DNA of 64,000 nt. It comes from Paecilomyces variotii (Eukaryota). Within the stretch, counting starts at the first letter, position 1, and the number at the start of each line of letters is the position of its first letter. Positions 52,331 through 64,000 of this stretch are shown here, in pieces. The DNA lies in NCBI GenBank assembly GCA_004022145.1, contig RCNU01000001.1; one strand, 5' to 3'. The position numbers and the translations under genes were made by a program. A model generated the notes under the pieces. That model was not told the DNA's origin, did not search any database, and saw only the letters and a program-made list of their open reading frames with translations.

Positions 52331-52862
52331 TGAGATTGCCGTTGCTAAAAACGGTTTCCTCTGCTCCCACTTCAGAGGAAATCCTCTTGCTCTGTTGTTT
52401 GGACTATACCCCGCATGAACGTCTCCTCCCACAATGACCGATGATTCTACATCCCCTACATCTCGTGTGTTTGATTCTTTGATTGCTTTTCGAAACGAAT
52501 ATCAACAGAATTCCCATGTACATAGCATTATTTGATCTTTTATCCTTTTTTAGTAACATGGTTTCCTGCTATGGGCGGGGGCGTTGAGTATTCCGCGTTG
52601 TCTTGTACTGTATACCTAGATTCGAAAAGGAAACGACCTTTTATATAATCGATTCATCTGTGTCGCGTATCACTACCCTTGAAAAAAAAAAGCCATGCAC
52701 TGAGTCCAAATAACACTATGAAGACACCCACGCTGCTAGATGAAATGAGACTGCTCTACCATGACGGATCAATATTATGGAACATTACGCTTCACACTTC
52801 ATTACATTATAAGAACAAAACGAGGCCGTCTTTCTTTGATCTACTCCTGTTTTTTGTTACAA

Positions 52863-52910
52863 AGACAGACAGACATACACACACATACACACACATACAC
52901 ACACGCACAT
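52863..52910 (+). repeat. (AC)n/(ACAT)/(AGAC) compound microsatellite in the MON2 3' region
   Basis: agacagacagacatacacacacatacacacacatacacacacgcacat. Confidence 0.8.
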
Positions 52911-52927
52911 GTTTTTTCTCCTCCATT

Positions 52928-55900
52928 TTACTCCGAATCTGCTGCTTCCTCTTCTACTAAGCTGACTTCCTGTAGAATTTTACCTAGCGCTTCGAGGACT
53001 TTGCCGTCTTCTCTCTCCTTCCCCGCTACTTGGATGGCTTTCACAACAAGTGGATACATCCAGCCGAGGTGTTTCTTCTGACTAGCTCTTGGAGATGAGG
53101 ATTGAGAAGGGGGAGAGAAGGCGGGGGCGTCTGGGATCGCGGCTGGTTCGCTGTTCAGCTCGAGTAGGTGGTGCAGGAGATGGAGCAGCTCTCGCCGTGC
53201 AGATGTGGGCTGTGGCATCAGACCACGCAGCGGCTGGTCAGCGATGTAAGATTTAATGGAGATGGCACAGCGCAGGATCAGGAAGGGAGAGATGGAGCGT
53301 GCGATGGAGACGCGACGAGGATCGGCCTCCTGGGCCGTGTGGTTGTCGTCGTCTTGCACGTGGCAGGCAGATGCGAGGTCAAAGAGCGTGTCTATGAGTA
53401 CATAGGCTATTTTCGAGCGGTGTGTAGGTGCCGCGTCAAATGTACGTCCAGGACGGACCTTGTATAGATCGCGCAGCGGTTCGTCCAGCGCGGATCCTCG
53501 AGGGAGATCGAGCCGCTGTGGGGGATAAATGAGCGACGAGCGGAAAATTGCCCGTACGAAATCTCGACGGTGCTCGTCCGGAATAATGGAGGCTCCGAGA
53601 GATGGGATCACGAGGGATATTAGACGGTTGAAGGCACTGATATCAAAGGCTTCGTCGGAAAGGATTCTCTCAATGGTCAAATCAGGCCCCATCTCGATTC
53701 CACCGGACACAATCCCCTGAGCAATATTTACCACGCATCCCCAGAATCGTGCGACTTGAAGAGGGTCGGCAGATTCATATTGCTTCTCAACGTATGGTAC
53801 GGCAACTTGCAAGATATTCAATGCGGCGGTTGTTGATTTCTGCCACAGTGTGGGTTCGCGATCTTTGCCCTGCCATTCATACTTCCGGGCTATCTGGTGT
53901 GCCAAGTGCTCCAGTGCGGTGCTCAAAGAACCATTCGTGAATATGTCCCTCTTGATCCCAAAGTCTGCGATATACCAGCTAAGGAGTTCTATAGCGTTCT
54001 TCGAAAACGCGACGAAGCTCGGTCTACTCTTGTCTCTGTCTGGCGACCATTGAGACAGGGCAGAATCGGCAAACTCCGCAAGGTATTGAACGACAGCTGG
54101 TTGAGAGCTCTCCTTTTCCACACATACCACTTTGAGACAATCTATGACGTGAGCCTGGAGTGTCGACTGATGGTCCGTGTCCACCGAATATCGTGAGCAT
54201 ACTGAATTCCAAACACTGGCTCGCAAATTCTTGAGGACCTGCTCAATGCGCTCATCGGACAGCTCATCCTTGAAGAGGCGATATATCTGCTGGAATGACC
54301 GTAGATATGCTAGCAGGGCGTCTTGATTGGGGTTATCCAGGTCTAACGGGTCCCCGTCAGGAGCAGGGTGACCGACAACCCAAAGATCCCATGCGCGTTC
54401 GACAGCTCCCTTGCTAAGCGTCTCAGAATCCTGGGCACGGGCGAGGATTTCCGAAACACCCGAGAAGATTGCTTCACTCAGCTCCAGTAATTTAACTTTG
54501 AGCAAAACTCCGAAATGTTGAACCAGTCGTTCCCACGACTGATCAAAATGATCATCTTTCACGACTGTATCGAAAAACCCAGCAATCAAATTGGAAGACC
54601 CTTTCACCATGACCACAGCTGTTTCCATCCACTGGCTTTCCTCAGAGTGGGCCGGACTAGACGCATTGGTCACTTCCAACATCTTTGATTCAATATCTTC
54701 GAACATCACAAAAAGCACTCTATTCAGACATAGGTGCCAAGCCCTAGGAGAAAGCTGTTGTCCGTACGCGTCGAATATCCGCAGAAGCGTACGAATAGCA
54801 CTATTCCGGATTTCTAACCTAGAGTCGGTTGCCAGGTCGACGATCCGTAACAGTAGCAGGAGCCATAGCGAATTTCGAGAAACAAGCGTATCACTATCCT
54901 TGGCTAGTTTCGTGAGAGTCTCATCACTAGCGGAGGAGTCAACGTGTGTTTCAATTGAGAACTGCTCAATTTGGCCCTGTAAGAAGTCGGAAACATTCCA
55001 GAAGAAGGAGGTCGTGGTGAGTGAAATATTGAAATCTTCATCTTGGGATGCAAACTTCGAAAACGATTCGACAAGCTCCAAGAAGCACGATGCCGGCAGA
55101 AGAGACAGAAAATCCGAAGCGACAAGCTGAAGCGACTTATACGCAGTGCGGACTAGCCGCGGCGATTTTGTCTTCAATGGTTGGGACTTCCCTTTGTTCG
55201 GTGTGCTTTCTCCATCGTTTTCGGGAAGGTCTGGCTTATCGAAGACACTCGATATCAGGTCAAAGACAAGATCCCATCCGACAACAAAACTCTCCCCATA
55301 CTGTTCGAGAATAGACTTCAATGTCTCCAGAGCCTGCTCATGGACGTCTATATCGGCAGCTTGAGAAGAGCCTGGAAGGCGTGTTCTCCATGCATAGAGG
55401 GAAGTCACTTGTGATTTGAGGGCTTCCAGATTTCTCAGTTGTATCTGATTCCTCAGAGAGATATCATCTTGATTTTCGGGTTTCATTGTCTGGAAGATAA
55501 CATTGTTGAGTACCCTACTCGCCCTCAACCTTAAAGCAAGGTTGATATCCCCGTTCACGAGGACCAACTTAAGGTAATCAGTCAAAATACACCAAGAACG
55601 TCCGCCTTTATCTCCATCGGGGGAGGAAAGGCGAGCCAGGTTTGCCACAGTCAGCTCTTCCACCTTCTCCAGGACGAATCTCAGTTCGTCTTCCTGTACT
55701 TTGGCTTTTCCGAAGGTCATTGAGATACTGCGTGTGCTCTGATGGATCCGTCCCGTACGCCGAGCAGGAGATGGAGACTGGGGAGAAGGAGATGGTTTGC
55801 CCGGTCCCGTGTCAGGAATGCCGTCCTCGCTGTCATTAGAGAGCTTAAGGAGAGCAGTAAGCATATCCTCAAATGAATTGTCCGGGTAGTCTCCCGTACT

Positions 55901-58312
55901 TTCAAACAGCTTTGCAGCTGCCGTTTGCACGGCGATAATTTCCGCTCCAAAATTGGCCTTTGGGACGTCAGTTCCAGAACTAGCGGCGTTTTCGTCATTG
56001 TTGTTTGCAGCTGCAGCTTGTTTTGTGGCAACTACAGCAGACACGCTCATGACCAGGTCTGCCCGTTGAAGGGTCTCAAGGACAATAGACCACGCTGCCC
56101 GATCCAGCGTTGGTCCTAGAGCAATCCCCAGGTTCAGCAGGGCCCGCAAACACAAGAGATTTCGAGTGCTTAGAGATACAGCAGTAGTGTCCAAAGAGCC
56201 TCCAGGAGTCGCAACGGGAGTAGAAGCACCATCTGTAAATTCACTAACGGACTTTTTCCTTTCTCCAGCATATGATTCGGTCCCAGCTATGCTGAAAGGC
56301 CCGGCAGCCTTCGAGCTGGCAGCATCCGAAGGCATGGCTGCTTTCGCGAGTGTTGTGAGGAAAGCATCCCGAGGGGTGGATTGCCGAAGTAACCCAGCGA
56401 CATGTGTCAGCTTTTGGAAAGACCGGACTAGATTATGATAGAAATCTGGGTCCAGTGCCGCATACAGGAAGGTTGAACAGGTCGCAAGGGCTGCAGGCCA
56501 ACATGAATCGATGATACCCGCACAGGCCTTGATGGCTTCCAACTGAGGATGTGCATCTAGATCCAAGGGATTGACTGGAACGGAGCTCTTCTTTGATAAA
56601 GATCCACGGCGCTTCTTCTTTCCCTTTAGGTCGGGAACGGTTAACGGAAGGATGAACTTTGCCAGGCCTTCAGAAAAGGAACTAATACAGTTAAGCACAA
56701 GACTGTAAATGTACGTCTCCGGGGGGGATGGCGCATCCGTCTTGTCGAGAAGCTCAATGTAAGGAGTGCGAACGATACTCCACTGGTTGCTGATTCCCGA
56801 AACATTCTCATCCGCTGAACTTACCGCGGTGCCAATCACTCCCGCCACACCACCAGCTTCAAGAGTGATTTGATCCTCTGTCTTTGATCTTGAGTGTTGG
56901 ATCCCAGATGGAATAGTGGACTGGTGACTGACACCTATCAGCGAAGGCTTTTCAGAAGCCAATCGAACAAATGACGCCATATGTTCTTTTAAGATATCCT
57001 TTCGCTTATCATTCGCGTCGTATAATAAGTAGATCGAACGGATAATCCCCGGTTCTGCATGCAATCCACGAAATATCTCCATGCAAAGGACTCTCTTCCA
57101 AGGTGCGGATCCATCAGGTTCGCAAAGATGAATCAGGAGACCCAGGGCCATTTCACACTCAGCAACCAAAAGAGCCATATGCCGTTTCAGAAGAATAAGT
57201 AAAATGCGTGCAACCCTAACGGTCTGAGCGAAAGACTGTCTCTCTGAGAAACACCTCACGGTCAAGGGCATCAGACGGTTCCGCAGCACTTGTGTCTGCT
57301 CTGGATGTGCATGAAAGAGACGGCCGCTATTGGACAAAATACCTTCAATGAGCTCTAGAACAAAAGTCGCCGGAAGAGATTTAACCTGGAGAAAGTCTGC
57401 TCTCTCCCCTTCCACCAGACGGCAGAGATCGTCCAGAATCTAGAGATATCCAATTAGTGAACAGTAAAAACGGTGTAGCATACAGTACTCACTCGTAAAG
57501 CATCGTAAGCAGCAAGTCCTATGGTCAATTGCTCTCCCTCGACCCTGACGATTACCGTCGGTATTGAGCCAGGCGGTTTCCCTGAAGACATTAGTATACG
57601 TCTGGGCCGATCACGGGTCTATTTGGCACTGACTATCTTCATCCACGACCTTATCAAATGCCGAAATTACTAACTGCTGTAGTGTGGCAGCCGCAGTATT
57701 CGAGACTGCAGCTGTCTTGCTAGCTTGCAAAATTGCACATATTTCCAATGTGCCTGCAAGAAGCTCTCCGCTCAATTCTTCAGAGTAACTGTGCAAAAGA
57801 GACGGTAGCGTCTGAAGTATCTTCAGCTGGACATCCAAATCTGCTGAAGTTAGAGACGTCCGGATCATGGAGCAAGCTCACTTACTCAAACTCGTGGTCT
57901 CCCGCAGCCCAGCTAGAACGTCTTTCAGTCGCTCAGCAGGAAATGCCCGTGACGTCGCCAACCGTTGCAGACAGGAGACACCAATAGCCGCGAGCCTTGC
58001 ATTGCGAGTGTGACAGGAAAGAATGAACGGGGTAACAAAGTTTGGTCTCCGTATCAGATCTGATAACTTCTCAGCAACATGGTACAGATCTCGCAGTAAT
58101 GTAGAAAAACAAACCAGCTGTCAATTGAGCTTCCGATGTCGAAGGCAATGCCTTCAGGTCACTGATAGATTGCTCGGCTGCCTAGCTATACCATTAGCAA
58201 TGACCCTGATAGAACGAGTAGATCGCATTCGTACATTGCGCAGTTCAGAGTTCTTCCTCTTTGATTCATGTATCAAATTTGATAGCTCTGTCTGCAAAAT
58301 CTGGGAGGTCAT
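52928..58312 (-). CDS. MON2: Mon2 endosomal/Golgi ARF-GEF-like scaffold, 6 exons
   Basis: MTSQILQTELSNLIHESKRKNSELR; VQLKILQTLPSL; WKRVLCME; QDEDFNISLT; DQPLRGLMPQP. Confidence 0.93.
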
Positions 58313-58816
58313 CTCAAACCGCGTGGTTCATGATAGCATATCCCAGACTACTAAGTATAGCTGAGGAGCGCGAAGCCAGTTCTGCGTGTTGGATAGCCGC
58401 AGATAGTCGACCATGAAATGGTTTGTTACTCAGTGTAGAGGTAGCAGAGTAATGCCAGATTAGAGATTCAGTGGATTATCATCAATTCTCATATGCTGCA
58501 GCAAGCTAGGTGCTTCAGCATAGGGAGTTGGTTAAATTCTAAGAATGGACATGTCTACACAGTCGGGCGTGGTCTTCCGGCACCGCCAAGAGACCACCTG
58601 GGCATTTACAGGGGTCTTGCCCATTCCAACCACGTGATCTGCTGTGCTTTGAGGTCACGTGGTTAGGCTGCCGCGGTCCTTGGCTTGCGTAGAGGCAATA
58701 CAAAGTGGGCTGCTGCCCCTCTTTCATATCCTCCGATTATTTTACAGTCTCCGCCGCTTCCACAACTAACCTGTGAACCTTTCTTTTGCTGAACCAGTTT
58801 CTTACCTTTAGTCATT

Positions 58817-59466
58817 ATGTCGGCCAAGGTTCCTCGCAATTTCAGGCTTCTCGAGGAGCTAGAGAAGGGCGAGAAGGGCCAAGGAGCGGGTTGGTATATT
58901 CAATGTTCCGCCGCGGGGGTATCAATGACTGATTTACAATTTTGAATTTGGCAGAGGCATGCTCTTACGGTCTGGCTGATGGCGACGATCTGATGATGAC
59001 GAACTGGAACGGGACCATTCTCGGACCTCCGCACGTCGGTTTCCTACTTGTACCTATCTTCGTGGAAGCAAAGTACTGAGGACAAGCAGAGCGTGCACGA
59101 GAACCGGATATACAGTGTCAACCTCCACTGCGGAGACGACTACCCTGATAACCCTCCTACGATACAGTTCGTTTCAAAGGTGAACCTTCCGTGCGTAGAT
59201 CCACGAACTGGAAAGGTACTAGTGTCCACAAAACTCCCCGGCGTGCGGAACATATATCTGACAATCAACAGGTGGACCCATCAAAGTTGCCCTGCCTTGC
59301 GCAGTGGAAGAGAGAATATACCATGGAGACTATTCTTCTTGAACTTAGACGGTATGGCTTGATAATTGTCTCGCCGCCACGCTCTGGCTAATATCGAGAT
59401 TTTAGATACATGGCTCTGCCGCAGCACAAGAAGCTTCCGCAGCCCCCGGAAGGAACGACGTTCTAG
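58817..59466 (+). CDS. MMS2: Ubiquitin-conjugating enzyme variant Mms2, 5 exons
   Basis: MSAKVPRNFRLLEELEKGEKG; WNGTILGPPH|SVHENRIYS; KKLPQPPEGTTF. Confidence 0.96.
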
Positions 59467-59816
59467 ACTCGTTTATCGAATATATGGCTCATAAGGTGAG
59501 CAGCCGGAGTCCTAACTCGGCTGTTTCTGAATTTCTTGTTGATATTGAAGAGCATGTATAAGTCTGCATCACCGGGAAGCATTGGCGTTGGTTTTGTTGC
59601 TTTGGAGCGTATATCTCCGGTGGCTTCATAAATAAATTCTATATTTCTATAACGTAAACTGTCTAATCTTTAGACATATGTCATAGATGAATAGACCGAA
59701 CTGACTACAAATTCATGATATCAATCACGTGATTGGGACTAAGATATGCGGAGAAGCTTCGGAGCTGTGGTCACGTCCGCCAACAATGTTACTATTTCCG
59801 ACCTAATAATCTTCAG

Positions 59817-60857
59817 ATGCATAAAGTAGTATTCCCAAAGCACTCGGGGGTGCACCGGTTTGCCTGTGAGTCTCAGCATCCTGAGCTTGACCTTACCTAG
59901 ATCGCAGACCCCAGGGCTAATCTAACGAGTCGCTTCCTCGCAGGCCTTGCGCTCTACCGGGCTCTCCTCCGTCAAAGTACAAGATTACCCTCGACCTTTC
60001 CCGAATCGCGTACGGTCAATCATCTCATAAGACACAAATTCCACAGATACAAAAACCTTCAGAGTCCGTCTCAGACAGCCAACGCCCTGAAGGCTGGTTA
60101 CGAGGTACATCCCCTTCCAACGGTAAAAGTTGTCCATGATCGCGGACTAACTAGGCTGGAATTCAATGTAAAGGCGCTGGATCTATTACATTCCGCTTCT
60201 CAAGGCAAAAATGAAGGCATCTCCCGACTTTCAGCTCTTCTCTCCGAGGGGCGTGCCCTACGTTTACGCAACAGCTCTGAACAACGGGCATTAACGGAAG
60301 CACAGCCAGTCAAACCTCTATCTAAGAAAGAGAAGAAGAAGGAAGCAAATAGACGGCACCAGGAAGCAACTGCTCTGCGACATCCGGATGCTACGCCCAT
60401 CTTGTCGCGCCCAAGAGCCGTTGTGAGCGGGCGGCGTCGAGTACCTGTCCTTGTCAGCGCTCGGGGTGATGTCCCGTTCCTGCGGATCAAGAAACCGCAG
60501 CCCAAGAACCTCAGCGGGGTCATAAGGAGCAAGCTTGATAATCGATGGAAGAGGATCGTCCGTCGAGACAGGCTGGAGGAGGAATTGCTTGTGGCACAAG
60601 ACGAAGACCACTGGGACTCTATAACAGGACAAAAAGAGCCAGAGTCTTGGACGACTGAGATCCGAAATGCACATAAAGAAGTTATCCAAAAGATCAAAGA
60701 ATCTGATAACAAGAACAGGTTGCTCGCAGAAGCAATGTGGAACGTCGTGCTAGCTGAAAGAGAGTTGGCGGCAAAAGAAGAAAAGCAGAGAGAAATGGAA
60801 AGGAAGGCCAGGTCGCTTGAACGGTCTGAGTCTTCTGATGAGACGCAGACGTCTTGA
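59817..60857 (+). CDS. LYR-motif (complex 1 LYR family) mitochondrial protein, 3 exons
   Basis: MHKVVFPKHSGVHRFAC|LALYRALLRQ; RRVPVLVSARGDVPFLRIKKPQP. Confidence 0.7.
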
Positions 60858-61626
60858 TGCACTAGGGTAGTATTAGGAACACCATCTAGTGCGGGTTCGG
60901 CGATTCCAACCAGTCAGCTAGGCTGGTGCAATATGCATGGGAGACCTCACGTTGTACTTGGAGGATCGTCTGGTCACCTTCCAAGACACGAATGCCTCTT
61001 GAAGGCATCCCAGTATAACGATCTCATTTACGACCCTAGTCGCAACTCTGCAGGCAGTTAAGATGGGTTCTGTTCTGATAGACGAGGACCACATCTTGGC
61101 TGAGTCATCCTAACAAGTGAAGGGACACACCTCGAAACTACGGCCATATTAGTCGATATTCCGGGGATTGAATAACATGCCGTGTCCGTCGGAAGTTGAG
61201 GGGAAACAATCGTGGGATTGCTCTACAGGTAATGAGCAAAAGGCGCGTGGATTGTGGCCTAGTATCTTGCTGTAGCTACAGTCCATGTTCGGCAGTGTTC
61301 TCGGAGGAAACAGACCGTGGCTAAAGATGTCCTCGCCGCGAGCTGCTGGGAGGGGCGGGGGGTTCACGAGTCTGTATTCATATACTCGTATACCGTCCCT
61401 GCCGCATATCCGTGACTAGTTGCGAGTGAGCCCCTAGTCAATCGCTGCGGGTGTGCTCTAAAGGCACGGATACCCTTCTGCTAAATTAAATGCGCCCTCA
61501 TGTAGCATTGTGGGTAATATATGTTGCACAATAATACCAGTGAATTTGAATATTGCATCTTCTCGAATAAGAAAATTTGCGAACTTGCTCGGAAAACGAT
61601 GACATAAATCACCCAGTAGCTCCAAA

Positions 61627-62395
61627 TCAGGCGGTTACTTTCATCCTCTCCATCGCTGCTGGAATATCCTCCTCGTCTTCCTCATCATAGTCGCCCTTTC
61701 CAGCCAGACCTGTCTCCCATAGTTGCCTGCCGGTGAGTTTCTTCTCTTCTCGTGCAGATGGCTTCTTTTTCTTCTCCTCTGCTTCCTTCTCCTCCAATTT
61801 TCGCTGTTCCTCCTCCTCCATTTCCTTCGTGAACTTTTCTTTCCACTCCAAAAACCTTTCTCTGGTCACAAGAGTGCCCTGGAATTTGCGGTTTTCCTCC
61901 TCTTCCGCCTGGGCGATCTCCATCTCTCTCTTCGCTTGGACAGCATTCGCACGTTCAGCCATCAGCTGCTCAGCACTTTCCTTGAGGGCGCTGACCAGAG
62001 TGAAAACCATCGCCATCCCTAAGTTTTCTTCGATGGTAGGCTGTAGGGTCTCGAGCAGACGCGCGCGGTCCTCTTGCAAGTCAAGAAGGGGATGTTTAGA
62101 AGCATTAGGTGGAGCAGAGATTTCGAGATCTGGAGCTACATCCGGATATTCCTCTGGGTATGAGACCTGTAAAAACAGGATTGGCGGTTCTGCTTCGGTG
62201 TCATAGTTCTCTGGAGGATCGAGAGTGATCAATATCCGGTATGATGTGTCGGATATATCTGATTAATCCATAGTGTTAGTAGACCTACGACTAAATTGGC
62301 CCAAACTACTATCAAGATGGCAGTGTACCTGTAATCTCATCTGGAAAAATAGAGCTGAGCACCTCGCGCTCTTCGACCTGATCATCGCGACCCAT
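61627..62395 (-). CDS. GIR2: RWD-domain protein Gir2/RWDD1, 2 exons
   Basis: MGRDDQVEEREVLSSIFPDEIT; YPEEYPD; ENLGMAMVFTLV; GTLVTRERFLEW; KLTGRQLWE. Confidence 0.92.
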
Positions 62396-62817
62396 CCTTC
62401 ATGTCCCCGCCAGCGGTATGGAGGGGTTTCGGAGTTTGATCTTTGACGCGGGGTAGGGAATTCCGGCAAAGGCCCAAGAAGACCGAAAGATATGAAAATT
62501 AGAAGGAAAACAAATTTCCCTGGAATTCAAGAAAAGAGTATATGACTTTAGACGTCAATCCTGTCTGCGGGCTTCATTCACGTTCTGCGGTGCGTCGCAT
62601 GGCTAATCGCTGTGACCCGTGCAAACTACACAAACTCGAGTATCCAAAAATTTGGCTCCGTATTCGAGGTCCCGTCTATTTCGGTCAGATTTTGAATGAA
62701 CAACTCTGGCCTGTCATATTGTCCTTTATCTTTCTTCTTTGTTTAATTCATCCCTGATCGCAGAAGGATATATACAGATTTATTCGGCAAGAGAAAAACG
62801 ACGAAAAAAAATTAGCC

Positions 62818-64000
62818 ATGGGCAAGACAAAGCCGAGCAATAAAAAGTCTCCAAAGTCCCGCGAAAAGTCCGTTCTCAGCGCCGGAGCTTCACTACAGTC
62901 GAAACAAAAGCTGAACGAGGACCCCGCCACTCTACTCGACCAGGCGACCGTTCTCCTTCAGACTGGTCAGGCCGAGGCTGCTCTTCCTTTAGTCGAGCGA
63001 GCACTGAATCTTGTGCCCGCCAATTCGCCCAATGCCCTTTCAGCTCTGAATTTGATCGGGGAGGTGAACGTTGAACTGGGAGAGATTGATGCGGCGCGAC
63101 AATACTTCAAGCTCGCGGTGGATATAGATCCTGAGGGAAAGATACCTGAATCACAAGGCGGCGGAGCAGAGAAATTTCTATGGCTTGCTCAACTGAGCGA
63201 AGAAGGTGGAAAGGACAGTGTTCGGTGGTACGAAAGAGGTGTCTCCGCTCTCAGACAGATTATCCAGTCGTTAGAGCAGAGCGGTAAAGCGGAGGAAATT
63301 GCTCTGGCCGAAGAGAAGAAGCGGAAGTTGGCAAATGCCCTCTGTGCTGTTGTGGAAATCTACATGACTGATCTTTCGTACGTCTTGGATGTTCACGTCA
63401 AGCCTCGAACCAAAACTGACAATGACTAGGTGGGAAGATGACGCAGAGAGCAGATCTGAGTCGCTCGTAACCGAGGCCCTCTTCGTCGCTCCAGAGGCAC
63501 CGGAGTGTCTACAGACTCTGGCATCCGTTCGGATATCACAATTGCGGGTGGACGATGCCCGAGCAGCACTCTCTAGAAGTTTAGGATATTGGAAGGATCT
63601 GGCTCCGGAGGACCCCAAAGTCCCAGATTTCCCTACACGGATCAGTCTTTCGCGGCTTTTGATGGAGGTTCAAATGGAACTTGAAGCGCTAGAAGTCCTC
63701 GAGCGTCTGATCCTGGAGGACGACCACAGTGTCGAGGCGTGGTACCTTGGCGGATGGTGTCTCCATTTGCTGGCAGAAAAAGAACAGCCTCCGGCACCTG
63801 CGGACGCGGAGGAATCACCCGCTGAAAGACGACATGCTTCCCTCGTCGCCAGCCGCGAATGGCTGAAGCAGAGCTTGAAGTTATACGATCTCATCGACTA
63901 TGAGGACGTGAGACTCAAGGAGCATGCACTTGAGCTGGTTGAAGAACTGAACAAGGAACTAGGGGAGGACATGGATGATGAAAGCGATGCAGAGAATCCT
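62818..64000 (+). CDS. ACL4: TPR protein, assembly chaperone of Rpl4 (Acl4), 3'-truncated by the window edge
   Basis: GAEKFLWLAQL; EIYMTDLS|WE; QTLASVRISQ; EAWYLGGW. Confidence 0.88.

Noticed and set aside
1535-62395. Stop-codon readthrough (TGA-CTA) cryptic PTS1 extensions
   Set aside because: The gene ends I inspected lack the readthrough context or a downstream SKL-like end

Overview
Gene-dense, intron-rich chromosomal segment from a filamentous ascomycete (Eurotiales-like, inferred from protein similarity and GT-AG/CTRAC intron style). It holds about 26 protein genes, mostly conserved housekeeping genes: a Zn2Cys6 factor, WBP4-like protein, amino-acid permease, TBCE, SF3A2, CotA kinase, Tim54, Nat1, Cid2/Mix23, Fpg, microbial-type PARG, Nar1, Rpb12, Trp4, uL10m, PI-PLC, BCKDH E2, ValRS, gluconokinase, Vps26, Mon2, Mms2, a LYR protein, Gir2 and a partial Acl4. 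There is also a small accessory island (atypical kinase-like gene plus a decayed PD-(D/E)XK-like pseudogene) and a 4.6 kb gene-free gap. I found no tRNA, rRNA, CRISPR array or intact transposon. Best leads: (1) an unusually long Vps26 intron hiding a 73-aa ORF ending in SKL, whose ATG overlaps (ATGA) the stop of a possible alternative terminal exon; (2) a microbial-type PARG with a canonical PCNA-binding PIP box and NLS-like stretch, tail-to-tail with Fpg; (3) dual-start ValRS with a Gcn4/CpcA site just upstream of the mitochondrial start. Product calls come from motif recognition only; no searches were run.
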